Made by a program: the position numbers and the translations under genes. Shown here piece after piece: positions 27,032 to 37,796 of a DNA stretch of 64,000 nt. The stretch covers positions 17,945 to 81,944 of the forward strand of contig JAGKWW010000002.1 in assembly GCA_021151665.1 (NCBI GenBank), written 5' to 3'. Position 1 is the first letter of the stretch; each line of letters begins with the position of its first letter. This DNA is from Flavobacteriaceae bacterium (GTDB lineage Bacteria > Bacteroidota > Bacteroidia > Flavobacteriales > Flavobacteriaceae). The notes below the pieces were generated by a model. The model saw nothing but the letters and a program-made list of their open reading frames with translations. It ran no database searches and had not been told where the DNA came from.

Positions 27032-27598
27032 TTATTTCAGATAAATGGTGCCATGCTTTGCAGCCGATTCCCGCAGGTGCTGGATTTGCGCTGCCGAAGC
27101 CCGGGTTATGTGGAATTCTTCCCCGAAACTATTTTCTGCGTTCATTTGCTGCCCTTCCCGTGCAATATAATCGGAGGTGTGCATCAGGAAACGGGCAGGG
27201 TTGCCGGCATATACAGTGTTATCCGGTACATCTTTCGTCACAACCGACCCGGCCCCAATGATCACATCATTTCCAACGGTGACTCCAGGTAGAATAATGC
27301 TTCCCGCACCAATGAAGACCCTGTTGCCAATGGCTGTATTCTTTACCTTGGTATGCTCCAAAAACCACCAGATGCTGGCGTCGTGTGCAAGGATGTGGAC
27401 ATTGTGTGCCAGGCTCACGTTGTCGCCTATGGTAATATGTGCGCAATGCGACCCATCGATGATGCAGCCGCCCTGCATGATAAAGTTGTCGCCAACTTTC
27501 AGTCCTTTTTGTTTCAGCTTCTCAATTACATACCGCTGGTCCATCCCCAGCAGGCGCCGGAGCAAAGACTGGATGTAATGGATGAGCCGTTTTTTCAT
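27032..27598 (-). CDS. Hexapeptide-repeat acyl/acetyltransferase
   Basis: Left-handed beta-helix repeats IGNRVFIGAGSIILPGVTVGNDVIIGAGSVV. Confidence 0.85.
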   Translation of the reverse strand: MKKRLIHYIQSLLRRLLGMDQRYVIEKLKQKGLKVGDNFIMQGGCIIDGSHCAHITIGDNVSLAHNVHILAHDASIWWFLEHTKVKNTAIGNRVFIGAGSIILPGVTVGNDVIIGAGSVVTKDVPDNTVYAGNPARFLMHTSDYIAREGQQMNAENSFGEEFHITRASAAQIQHLRESAAKHGTIYLK

Positions 27599-27603
27599 GG
27601 GGA

Positions 27604-28176
27604 TTATTTCGCAATGAATTCTTTTACCAGGCGGTATGCCTCCTCCTTGGCGGTATCGAGGTCGTAATTTTTGATAATCGTATCAAACTGCGGCGCCGTA
27701 GCCAGTTCTACGGATGCTTTGGCAATACGCATATTGATCTTGTCATCACTTTCGGTACTGCGGTTCTTAAGGCGTATCTTGAGTTCATCGATGCTTGGCG
27801 GCTTTACAAAAACTGCCAGCGTTTCTTCGGGAAATTTCTTTTTGATGCGAAGGCCGCCGGCTACATCGATGTCAAAAATGACATTCTTTCCCTGCGCCCA
27901 GATGCGTTCGAGTTCGCTTTTCAGCGTGCCGTAAAAGTTGTCGCGGTACACTTCTTCCCACTCTACAAAATCTTCGGCTTTGATGTGCTTCTTAAATTCG
28001 TCAAGCGACATGAAGTAATAGTCTTTACCGTGCTGCTCTTCGCCGCGTGGCGAACGCGTAGCTGCCGATATCGAAAATTCAAGGTCGAGTTCCGGCTGTG
28101 CCAGCAGGTGCCGTACGATAGTGGTTTTTCCCGAGCCCGAAGGCGCCGAGAATACAATGAGTTTGCCTTTGGCCAT
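27604..28176 (-). CDS. gmk: Guanylate kinase
   Basis: P-loop SAPSGSGKTT, TRSPRGEE and YGT motifs, 190 aa. Confidence 0.95.
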   Translation of the reverse strand: MAKGKLIVFSAPSGSGKTTIVRHLLAQPELDLEFSISAATRSPRGEEQHGKDYYFMSLDEFKKHIKAEDFVEWEEVYRDNFYGTLKSELERIWAQGKNVIFDIDVAGGLRIKKKFPEETLAVFVKPPSIDELKIRLKNRSTESDDKINMRIAKASVELATAPQFDTIIKNYDLDTAKEEAYRLVKEFIAK

Positions 28177-28194
28177 GTTGTGTTGTAGTTATTA

Positions 28195-28251
28195 GTTCCG
28201 TGTTCGGGGTTCCGTGTTCATAACCCGAACACGAAACCCGAAACCTGAAAC
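28195..28251. repeat. Mirrored heptamer arrays (4 x GTTCNNN, then 4 x NNGAAAC) forming a hairpin
   Basis: gttccgt gttcggg gttccgt gttcata (28195-28222) is followed by cccgaac acgaaac ccgaaac ctgaaac (28224-28251). cgtgttcggg (28199-28208) pairs perfectly with cccgaacacg (28224-28233). Confidence 0.85.
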
Positions 28252-29108
28252 TATAATATATTAAGAACCTGTTCTTTTATCTTTTCGAGTTCGTCCTTCA
28301 TCTGCACCACAAGCTTCTGCATTTGTGCATGATTGGATTTTGAACCCATGGTATTGATCTCGCGGCCCATTTCCTGAGTGATGAAGCCCAGCTTGCGGCC
28401 ATTGGCCTCTTTGCCGGCGAGCGTTTCTATAAAGTAATTGAGGTGGTTTTCCAGGCGCACCTTTTCCTCTGTAATGTCCATTTTTTCAAGGTAATATATG
28501 AGTTCCTGCTCAAAACGGTTCTCGTCTACGTTTACCTTTAACTCTTCAATGGCGGCGTGCAGCCTGTTCTTTACATTCTGTATGCGCTCTCCGTCCAGCA
28601 CTACGGTTTCATTCATCAACGAAAGGATATTGGCAATACGCACCAGAAATTCCTTTTCCAGCGCTACGCCTTCCGTCACGCGGAAACTCTGGATGTTGTT
28701 CAGCGCTTCTTCTATCACGCCCTGAATTTGTGCCCAGTCGTTTTCATCGATCTCTTCGCGCTCTGTCTTCAGGGCATCGGGCATGCGCACGGCCATTTTC
28801 AGCAGTTCGGTAAAATCACCGTCTACCACTTCCCTTAGCTGTGAAATATAGGCTTTTACTATCGGCACATTTACTTTGGCCGATGTTTCTTCGCCGGTCA
28901 CCTCTATAAAAAGGGAGAAGTCGATCTTGCCGCGTTCCAGCCGTTGCGCTATCTGGTTGCGAAGGCCCAGCTCCATTTCGCGGAACGCCGAAGGCATACG
29001 CACATTCAGGTCAAGCCCTTTGCTGTTAAGCGATTTGATCTCTACGGTAATCTTTTTGTTGGGTAGCTGAAGCGAAGCTTTCCCGAAACCCGTCATGGAC
29101 TGTATCAT
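28251..29108 (-). CDS. yicC: YicC-family stress-induced protein
   Basis: N-terminal MIQSMTGFGKA, a helical middle region and C-terminal EINTMGSKSN, 285 aa. Confidence 0.9.
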   Translation of the reverse strand: MIQSMTGFGKASLQLPNKKITVEIKSLNSKGLDLNVRMPSAFREMELGLRNQIAQRLERGKIDFSLFIEVTGEETSAKVNVPIVKAYISQLREVVDGDFTELLKMAVRMPDALKTEREEIDENDWAQIQGVIEEALNNIQSFRVTEGVALEKEFLVRIANILSLMNETVVLDGERIQNVKNRLHAAIEELKVNVDENRFEQELIYYLEKMDITEEKVRLENHLNYFIETLAGKEANGRKLGFITQEMGREINTMGSKSNHAQMQKLVVQMKDELEKIKEQVLNIL

Positions 29109-29187
29109 GCAAAAAATTTAAAGGAGCAAAGGTAATAAAAAGATAGGTGCGTGCGCGAGGTTTTGCACCGTGCAATTCGCTGGTAAG

Positions 29188-30111
29188 CTATTCTTTTGAC
29201 TGCTGAACAGCCGCTGCTTTGGCAGGCTTGGTGACAAGGTAAACCCCTCCGAATATCAGCAATGCCGAGAATGCCTTTACCGGATCGATGCTGTCTTTGC
29301 CCAACGCCACAGAGAATACGGTTGCAAAAAGCGGCTGCAAATAAATGAATACAGCTACGGTGGTTGGCTTTAGCTCTTTCATGCTCAAGAGGTTCAGCAA
29401 ATAAGTGAGGAAGGTTGAGATCACGACAACGAAGGCGACTTTAGCCGCAATGTCTAAAGGCATCGCATCCCATGCAATGGCTGACACATCATTCCACCCA
29501 AAAGGCAGCACCATCAGAAAGCCAAACAGGTAAATCCATTTCACAAACGCGAACGCATTGTATTTCTGCATCAGCTTTTTAACCAGGATAAGATAAAGTC
29601 CATAGGAAACGGCATTCACAAAAACAAGGAAGTTGCCCCACAGCGCGTTCTCGCCGGTATTGACTGTTTTTCCGTATAGGATCAGAAGTACCGTACCGCC
29701 CAGCCCAAGCAGGATACCAAGGGCTTTCATGCTTTGGATCTTTTCGCGCATAATAATGGCCGAGAGGATCAGCACGATCATGGGTGTGGTTACCATCAGT
29801 ACCGATGCCATGATGGGAGAGGTGAGGCTCAAACCCTTGAAGAACGTAAGCATGTTAAATGCGATACCAAAGAACGCTGCGGCAATGACTCTCGGGAAGT
29901 CGGCACGCTGTACTTTTTCTTTTGTTACAAAAAGTGCGGCCAGCCAAAACAAAATGACCGATCCACCAACCCGCAAAACGATAAACCCAAAGGGTTTTAC
30001 AAATGCCGGCATCACATCTTTAGCAATCGTGAATGTGACCCCGTAGATGATGGAAACCATTGTGGCTGCCAGCAGTGCAAGTGACCGCTTATCCATTTTG
30101 AAGGTGGGCAA
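29188..30111 (-). CDS. EamA/DMT-family transporter
   Basis: About 10 TM segments in two EamA-like halves. ATG 30096 is an alternative start. Confidence 0.85.
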   Translation of the reverse strand: MPTFKMDKRSLALLAATMVSIIYGVTFTIAKDVMPAFVKPFGFIVLRVGGSVILFWLAALFVTKEKVQRADFPRVIAAAFFGIAFNMLTFFKGLSLTSPIMASVLMVTTPMIVLILSAIIMREKIQSMKALGILLGLGGTVLLILYGKTVNTGENALWGNFLVFVNAVSYGLYLILVKKLMQKYNAFAFVKWIYLFGFLMVLPFGWNDVSAIAWDAMPLDIAAKVAFVVVISTFLTYLLNLLSMKELKPTTVAVFIYLQPLFATVFSVALGKDSIDPVKAFSALLIFGGVYLVTKPAKAAAVQQSKE

Positions 30112-30445
30112 TGGCGCTTTCCACTACTGCTTTGCTGTTCCCGATAAAAATATGTTCGCCGTCCACAATCACCGGGCGGCTGAGGAAAGTATAATGCTCC
30201 AGGATCAGGTTGCGGTAATCGTCTTCGGTTAGCGCCTTGTCTTTCAGCCCGCGCTCTTTATACAGTGTTGCCTTTCGGCTAAACAAGGCTTCGTAGCTTC
30301 CGGCAAGTCGGTGCATTTCATTAAGCTGGTCCGGGGTAATGCGTTCCTGCTTAATGTCCTGCAGGATAAAGCCTTCGGTATTGGGAAGGGATTTCAGTAT
30401 ACGCCTGCAGGTATCGCAGGTCTTCAGGTGGAAGATGGTTTTCAT
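30089..30445 (-). CDS. ArsC/Spx-family protein
   Basis: MKTIFHLKTCDTCRR N-terminus (thioredoxin-like fold with a Cys pair), about 118 aa. I chose ATG 30445. Confidence 0.8.
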   Translation of the reverse strand: MKTIFHLKTCDTCRRILKSLPNTEGFILQDIKQERITPDQLNEMHRLAGSYEALFSRKATLYKERGLKDKALTEDDYRNLILEHYTFLSRPVIVDGEHIFIGNSKAVVESAIAHLQNG

Positions 30446-30554
30446 TGATTTTGGAATGAAGCGCAAAGGTATCTATTTCAGCCAAAGCAAACAACGACTG
30501 GTAGTCGTGGTGCAAGCGAAAAGATTTCCTACTTTTATCAAAATTTCAATACCG

Positions 30555-31010
30555 ATGGAAAACGAATTTGGCGTATGGCGCAACAGCAGGAGGCTGATGC
30601 TGCAATTCCTGGACAATTACACTTTGGAGCAATTGAATAAGGTGCCTGAAGGCTTCAATAACAACCTGATCTGGAATATTGCGCATGTTGTAGTTTCGCA
30701 ACAACTGCTTGTGCATAAACTGGCAGGGCACGAGGTAATGGTGAGCGATGAAATGATCGCGGCCTACCGGAAAGGTACCAAGCCAACGCGCGATGTAAAC
30801 GACGAAGAGGTTGCACAAATTAAAGCACTGCTGTTCTCAACAATAGACAAAACGATTGCCGATTACAACGTCGGTGCTTTTACCACATTCCACGAATACA
30901 CTTCTGAGTTTGGTTTTACCATGAAAAGTGTTGAGGATGCCATTGCATTCAACAATTTCCATGAAGGCACACACTTAGGCATGATGATAGGCCTGCGCCG
31001 TTTCCTTTAG
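30555..31010 (+). CDS. DinB-family protein
   Basis: About 150-aa four-helix-bundle pattern with His residues (NIAHVVVSQQ, FHEGTHLGMM). ATG 30555 replaces the upstream-extended ORF-track start. Confidence 0.75.
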   Translation: MENEFGVWRNSRRLMLQFLDNYTLEQLNKVPEGFNNNLIWNIAHVVVSQQLLVHKLAGHEVMVSDEMIAAYRKGTKPTRDVNDEEVAQIKALLFSTIDKTIADYNVGAFTTFHEYTSEFGFTMKSVEDAIAFNNFHEGTHLGMMIGLRRFL

Positions 31011-31841
31011 TTATTTAATCTTTAGGAATTTGTCCGCTTCGCTGTACGGGATAAGTAATTCTTTCTGCTGTTCGGCATAGGAAGCAATTTCGTAAGCATT
31101 GTAATACAGCGTGATGCCTTCTTTGCTGAAGAAGATATTCTGCGGGAGGGCAAACCTGTCTTTCTCGAACATCAGGCCGGTGCTGTTGATATTCTTGCCC
31201 GCCGGGATTTTAAATTTCTGCCGGAACTTCTTTTCGGCGAACGCCGTAAAGCCTTTGATGTCGTTTATAATATCGGGGTACTTAAGTGTCTTTCCTGTCT
31301 TCGCATCAATGAGCAGTGAGCGGTTGCCTTCATAACCGTGCGCACCACCGGTAAACAGGTAGTTGTTTATCTTCAGGTTGATGATATTGTCGCTTTGGTA
31401 TACCACCGAAGTATTGATCGTCGCCTCCCAGGCACGGTCGGCCTCCTCAGGGTATTTTTTGGCCAGGTCATCATAGGATTTGATGAAAAGGTTCATCAGT
31501 TCTTTATAATCCCTCGCATTGGTAGGCTTTTCACCGAAATAAATGATGCTTCGTGCAATGCGGAATTCCGCGGCATTAATGCTGTCTGCGACACCGGGCG
31601 CCCCGCTTACAGCGCCTGCGGTTTTAATCGATACCTTGCTGCACCCGGCTTTGCAAACCGAACTTTTCCCGGTGTAAACCTCGGGCCTGAAGGTAAGGGC
31701 AGCGTTGTTTTCAGAAGGTGCCTCAATGGTAGTTTCCTGCTGCGCGCTATCCGGTTCTTCGGCTTCCGGAATTACTTTTTTCTCGTCTTTACATCCGGCA
31801 AGCACCAGCACGGCAGCCAGCCAAAAGAATCTGTGTTTCAT
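31011..31841 (-). CDS. DUF3298/DUF4163-type lipoprotein
   Basis: Lipobox VLAGCKD. The C-terminal part (YLFTGGAHGYEGN...NAYEIASYA) is typical of the DUF3298 (RsiV/PdaC-like) domain. Confidence 0.75.
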   Translation of the reverse strand: MKHRFFWLAAVLVLAGCKDEKKVIPEAEEPDSAQQETTIEAPSENNAALTFRPEVYTGKSSVCKAGCSKVSIKTAGAVSGAPGVADSINAAEFRIARSIIYFGEKPTNARDYKELMNLFIKSYDDLAKKYPEEADRAWEATINTSVVYQSDNIINLKINNYLFTGGAHGYEGNRSLLIDAKTGKTLKYPDIINDIKGFTAFAEKKFRQKFKIPAGKNINSTGLMFEKDRFALPQNIFFSKEGITLYYNAYEIASYAEQQKELLIPYSEADKFLKIK

Positions 31842-31941
31842 GGCTTGTGTTATTGTTTGTTTAAAAGGCGGTAAGCGGCGATATGGTATTTCAAATTCGA
31901 GTAAATTTGCAACAATAATATTTTTAAGTCAATCAAAATAT

Positions 31942-33084
31942 ATGAAATTTAACACAAAAACCATACACGGTGGCCAACACCACGACCCAAGCACCGGAGC
32001 AGTAATGCCTCCTGTTTACAATACTTCGACATTTGTACAAAGCAGCCCCGGCGTGCACAGTGGCTACGAATACAGCCGCGCCTCCAATCCTACGCGTACG
32101 GCTTTAGAAGAATCGCTTGCAAGCATCGAGAACGGTGCGCGCGGACTGGCCTTTTCATCGGGCCTCGCTGCCACCGACTGCGTGCTCAGGATGCTGAAAG
32201 CTGGTGATGAGGTAATCGCGATGGATGACCTTTATGGTGGCACGTACCGGATGTTTACAAGGGTTTACAAAGAATCGGGCATTAAATTCCACTTTGTGGA
32301 TATGAACGATATGGAGAAGTTCCGTTCTCTCTTCAATGAAAATACGAAGCTGGTGTGGATGGAAACCCCTACCAACCCGCTGATGAAACTGGCCGATATT
32401 GCTGAGGTTGCTAAGATCGCGAAAGAAAAAAACGTACTTTTCGCGGTAGATAACACTTTTGCTACGCCTTACCTGCAAAGGCCGCTCGAGCTTGGCGCCG
32501 ACATCGTAATGCACTCGGCTACCAAATATCTGGGCGGGCATAGCGATGTGATTGCAGGGGCATTGGTAATTAAAGATGCAGAGCTGGGTGAAAAGCTGCA
32601 CTTCCTGCAATTTGCCACGGGTGCAACACTTGGCCCGAATGACAGCTACCTTGTGCTTCGCGGTATCAAGACACTCCACTTGCGTGTGCAACGCCATTGC
32701 GAGAACGGTGAAAAGGTTGCGCAGTACCTTGCCACTAACCCGAAAGTAAAAACGGTTTTCTATCCGGGGCTTGCCAGCCACCCGAACCATGAGATAGCTG
32801 CAAAACAGATGAAAGGCGGTTTTGGCGGCATGGTGTCGTTTAACTTCGCTTCAGGCAAAAAAGAAGATGCGATAAAATTCCTTGAGAACCTGAAGGTATT
32901 TACCCTGGCGGAATCTCTGGGAGGTGTAGAATCTCTGGCCAACCATCCGGCGTTGATGACGCATGCCTCGATACCCGAAGACAAGCGCAGGGAGATAGGC
33001 ATTAGCGACGACCTGGTGCGCCTTAGCGTAGGGATAGAAGACGTAGACGACCTGATTGCCGATATAGAGCAGGCGCTTGCATAA
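31942..33084 (+). CDS. Cys/Met-metabolism PLP-dependent enzyme (cystathionine gamma-synthase/beta-lyase family)
   Basis: MKFNTKTIHGG start and the PLP-lysine motif HSATKYLGGHSDV. ATG 31942 was chosen. Exact specificity cannot be told from the sequence alone. Confidence 0.88.
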   Translation: MKFNTKTIHGGQHHDPSTGAVMPPVYNTSTFVQSSPGVHSGYEYSRASNPTRTALEESLASIENGARGLAFSSGLAATDCVLRMLKAGDEVIAMDDLYGGTYRMFTRVYKESGIKFHFVDMNDMEKFRSLFNENTKLVWMETPTNPLMKLADIAEVAKIAKEKNVLFAVDNTFATPYLQRPLELGADIVMHSATKYLGGHSDVIAGALVIKDAELGEKLHFLQFATGATLGPNDSYLVLRGIKTLHLRVQRHCENGEKVAQYLATNPKVKTVFYPGLASHPNHEIAAKQMKGGFGGMVSFNFASGKKEDAIKFLENLKVFTLAESLGGVESLANHPALMTHASIPEDKRREIGISDDLVRLSVGIEDVDDLIADIEQALA

Positions 33085-33246
33085 TTATCTACGTTAATGC
33101 TTCGCAGTTTATGAGTTTATACTTTCGTCGCATTTAGGTTGATACCGCGCTTTGATGAGGTTATGTTCATTATATGGCGGTCAATATATGCAACCAGTTA
33201 AACCCTAAGCTTGTAAACAGATAAACCAAAAACAAAAAACCGTATT

Positions 33247-33279
33247 TTTGTTAAAAAAAGGAACAAATATCTATATTTG
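33247..33279 (+). promoter_or_regulatory. Bacteroidota-type promoter of gdhA (TTTG-N21-TATATTTG)
   Basis: TTTG at 33247-33250 and TATATTTG at 33272-33279, 46 nt upstream of the ATG. Confidence 0.55.
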
Positions 33280-33289
33280 CACGACCTAA

Positions 33290-34669
<1,380 letters not shown>

Positions 34670-34780
34670 AAATTATATTTATCATGCTAAGCCTCCGCGT
34701 TGCGGGGGCTTTTTTATTTGGCGGCATACAAAAAACACGTTATTTCCGTTTTAGGTATATTTGCCTGTAAATTGCTGTTG

Positions 34781-37072
34781 ATGAAAAAGCTGTTCGTATT
34801 ATTTTTACTATTCCCTTTGTTCTATTCTAATGCGCAGGGCAATGAGCTCTGGGCCAGCTATTTTTCATACAACAACATCCAGGACATGTCAGAGTCGGGT
34901 ACGCGTGTATTTGCCGCCGCCGAAGTTGCGATGTTCTCAAAAAACCTCGCCAGCAACGAGCTGAAAACCATTACCTCTGTAGATGGCCTCAAGGCTGAAA
35001 CCATTACGGCCATCCATCACAGTAGCGCGTACAATAAGACCCTGGTAGGAAATGACAATGGGCTCCTGATCGTAATCAAAAGTGACGGAAGCATTCTTAA
35101 CGTTATCGATATCATTCAGGAAACTACGGTACAGCCCAGCCTGAAGCGCATCAACCATATTTTCGAGAATGATGGTAAAGCATATATTTCAACGGACTTT
35201 GGGATTGCGGTTTTCAATCTTTCTAACAACGAATTTGGCGACACCTATTACATGGGGCCGGGCGGCGCTAATGTCAGAGTGTTTCAGACTGCGGTGCTTG
35301 ACGGGCGTATTTATGCGGCAACAGCGGCCAACGGCATACGGTCGGCCAGCCTGAATAATGCCAACCTGAATGACTTTAACCAATGGACAGAAGATACCCC
35401 CGGCGGTTGGGACGGGGTAGTGGCTATCAATAATACATTATACGCCGCCGCGGGAGGGGGAACGCTTTATCGCCGCCAGAATGGTACTTACAATTTTGCG
35501 GCGCAAATGCCTTCGCGTATAACAGACCTTCGCGCAGCCAATGGCTACATGCTTGTAACATGCTCTTCGAGGATCAATGTTTACAACCCATCGGGCCAGC
35601 AGGTAATACAGATCAACCTGATACCTAACGCCGATATCCCGGTAACCTTTACAGCGGCAACGGTAGTTAATGAAAGCGTTTTTGTAGGTACGGTAGAACG
35701 TGGTGTGTATAGCGCGCCACTTGCCAATACGTCGTTTTTCGAAAAAATAACACCGGACGGCCCCGTTCGCAGTAAAGTTTTTTCGCTCGAAAAAACTACA
35801 AAGTATCTTTGGGCTGTGTATGGCGATTACAACGGAAACTATAATCCATACCCGTTAGAGCAATTCGGTATCAGCCGCTTTTCGGAAGCCGGATGGGAAA
35901 CAATACCTAATGATGAGCTTTCTAACGCCAGCTCAATTTCTGATATTGAAGCAAATCCATTCAATGAAAAGCAGGTATATGCAGGGTCTTACCATAACGG
36001 GCTCCTCAGGATTACAGATGGCACACCGGAGCCTATCTTTGACCAGACAAACACTGGTCCGTCCGGCTTGCAGTCACTGGTACTGTCTAACGATGGTGCC
36101 TACCGTAGTGTGCGCATCAACAGCCTCACTTTTGATGGGTCAGGTAATTTATGGATGACCAATGCCATGGTAGATAAGCCACTTAAGGTCTTGAAAAGCA
36201 ACAATACCTGGGCCAGTTACAGCTTTGCCGACGTAATACCCGATGTGGGTAATGAAAGCTACGGCAAGATGGTGATAGACCGCAACGGTACAAAATGGAT
36301 ACCCAGTATCCGTAATGGGATGGTGGCCTTCAACGAGGCGTATGATAATAAATTCATTCTGATTAATGGCGAAGATGCCGGCATGCCGAGCCCATTTGCC
36401 CGCAGTGTAGCAATTGATAATAACAATCAGGTGTGGATAGGTACAGAGCGTGGGTTGCGTATCGTGCAATCTGCCGACAGTTTTCTTAGCGAAACAACGC
36501 TTACCGCCAGATCGATCATTATCCTGGAAGATGGGCTTGCGCAGGAACTGATGTACGAACAATCGGTAATGGATATTGCAGTTGATGGCGCCAATAACAA
36601 ATGGCTGGGTACAGCAAGCTCGGGTGCATTCCTGGTATCACCCGACGGTCAGTCGACACTGTATCATTTTACCAAGCAAAACTCACCCCTGCCCAGCAAT
36701 AACATTATTGATATTGAAATAGATCCGGTAAACGGCGATGTTTATTTTGCTACAGATAAAGGCCTGGTCGCTTTCAAAGGTACTTCTACCAAAGCATCGG
36801 ATGATTTGAGCAACGTATATGTGTTTCCCAATCCTGTACGACCAGGGTTTGACGGCGATGTAAATATCAGCGGGCTCACGGATAATGCCAATGTAAAGAT
36901 TACCGATATCGAAGGAAACCTTGTTTATGAGGCGACTTCGGAGGGCGGCACCATACTCTGGAATACCAAGGCCTTTGGCAAGCACAAGGTAGCTTCGGGC
37001 GTGTATATGATATTTATTTCCAGCGAAGACGGCCTTCTTACCAAGGTGAAGAAAGTAATGATCATCCGTTAG
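34781..37072 (+). CDS. Beta-propeller protein with T9SS C-terminal sorting domain, PorZ-like
   Basis: Signal peptide MKKLFVLFLLFPLFYSNAQ, propeller-type repeats (NNQVWIGTERGL, NNKWLGTASSGAF, GDVYFATDKGLVAF), and C-terminal VYVFPNPVRPGF...GVYMIFISSEDG. The size and architecture resemble PorZ, but this was not verified. Confidence 0.6.
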   Translation: MKKLFVLFLLFPLFYSNAQGNELWASYFSYNNIQDMSESGTRVFAAAEVAMFSKNLASNELKTITSVDGLKAETITAIHHSSAYNKTLVGNDNGLLIVIKSDGSILNVIDIIQETTVQPSLKRINHIFENDGKAYISTDFGIAVFNLSNNEFGDTYYMGPGGANVRVFQTAVLDGRIYAATAANGIRSASLNNANLNDFNQWTEDTPGGWDGVVAINNTLYAAAGGGTLYRRQNGTYNFAAQMPSRITDLRAANGYMLVTCSSRINVYNPSGQQVIQINLIPNADIPVTFTAATVVNESVFVGTVERGVYSAPLANTSFFEKITPDGPVRSKVFSLEKTTKYLWAVYGDYNGNYNPYPLEQFGISRFSEAGWETIPNDELSNASSISDIEANPFNEKQVYAGSYHNGLLRITDGTPEPIFDQTNTGPSGLQSLVLSNDGAYRSVRINSLTFDGSGNLWMTNAMVDKPLKVLKSNNTWASYSFADVIPDVGNESYGKMVIDRNGTKWIPSIRNGMVAFNEAYDNKFILINGEDAGMPSPFARSVAIDNNNQVWIGTERGLRIVQSADSFLSETTLTARSIIILEDGLAQELMYEQSVMDIAVDGANNKWLGTASSGAFLVSPDGQSTLYHFTKQNSPLPSNNIIDIEIDPVNGDVYFATDKGLVAFKGTSTKASDDLSNVYVFPNPVRPGFDGDVNISGLTDNANVKITDIEGNLVYEATSEGGTILWNTKAFGKHKVASGVYMIFISSEDGLLTKVKKVMIIR

Positions 37073-37075
37073 GCT

Positions 37076-37789
37076 GTGCTGATAAAAACCAGAGCCATAG
37101 TGATCTCTGCCCTGCGCTACCAGGAAAAAAGCCTGGTGGTAAAGTGCTTTACGCGGGAAGCGGGACTAAAATCGTACTTTATCCGCGATGCCTTTAGCAA
37201 TAAAAAATCGGCCCAGAAGATAGCCTACTTCCAACCCCTGAACCTGCTCGAGATAGAGGCTACCCACAAGAACAAGGGCAACCTCGAGTACCTGAAAGAA
37301 ATACGCCTGGCAAGCCCTTACCTTACCATCAACACTAATGTCGTGAAATCGTCGCTGGCCGTTTTCCTTTCGGAGGTATTGCACCATTGCATAAGGGAAG
37401 AGGAAAAGAATGACAGCCTCTATACGTTTCTGGAAACCGCCCTGCTGTGGCTTGATACGCATGATGAGGTAGCCGATTTTCACCTGGTGCTGCTTATGGA
37501 GGTTACCAAATTCCTTGGCTTTTATCCGGATAACGGGAATACCTCCTGCGAATTCTTCGAAATGACCGACGGCGTTTTTACGCAATTCCAGTCGCTTACC
37601 TGCCTTTCAGCCGAAGAGACTCAACTACTGCGAAGGCTGATGGCATTGCGGCTTGATACCGGGCTACGTAATTTCAGCGTAGGCGAACGCCAGTCGCTCC
37701 TGAAAATAATGATGGATTATTATGCCTTTCACCTCGACGGTTTCCGACGGCCTAAATCGGCAGAGGTGCTGCGGGAAGTATTTGGATAA
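37076..37789 (+). CDS. recO: DNA repair protein RecO
   Basis: GTG start, 237 aa, with a RecO-like N-terminal OB-fold pattern (TRAIVISALRYQEKSLVVKCFT). Confidence 0.85.
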   Translation: MLIKTRAIVISALRYQEKSLVVKCFTREAGLKSYFIRDAFSNKKSAQKIAYFQPLNLLEIEATHKNKGNLEYLKEIRLASPYLTINTNVVKSSLAVFLSEVLHHCIREEEKNDSLYTFLETALLWLDTHDEVADFHLVLLMEVTKFLGFYPDNGNTSCEFFEMTDGVFTQFQSLTCLSAEETQLLRRLMALRLDTGLRNFSVGERQSLLKIMMDYYAFHLDGFRRPKSAEVLREVFG

Positions 37790-37796
37790 ATACATG

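Noticed and set aside
31842-31941. A SAM or other riboswitch upstream of the Cys/Met PLP enzyme gene.
   Set aside because: Only 100 nt of spacer is shared with a divergent gene. It contains a -7-like box (taaatttg at 31902-31909) about 30 nt from the ATG, and I could not see a multi-helix junction or conserved riboswitch core.
31705-31941. Upstream-extended starts in the ORF track at 31705, 34700, 40352, 30339, 44294, 46708, 52721, 53923, 51058, 61282, 61784 and 9369.
   Set aside because: The extensions overlap neighbouring genes or encode non-homologous junk ahead of a canonical N-terminus (signal peptide or conserved first motif). I chose internal ATG codons instead.
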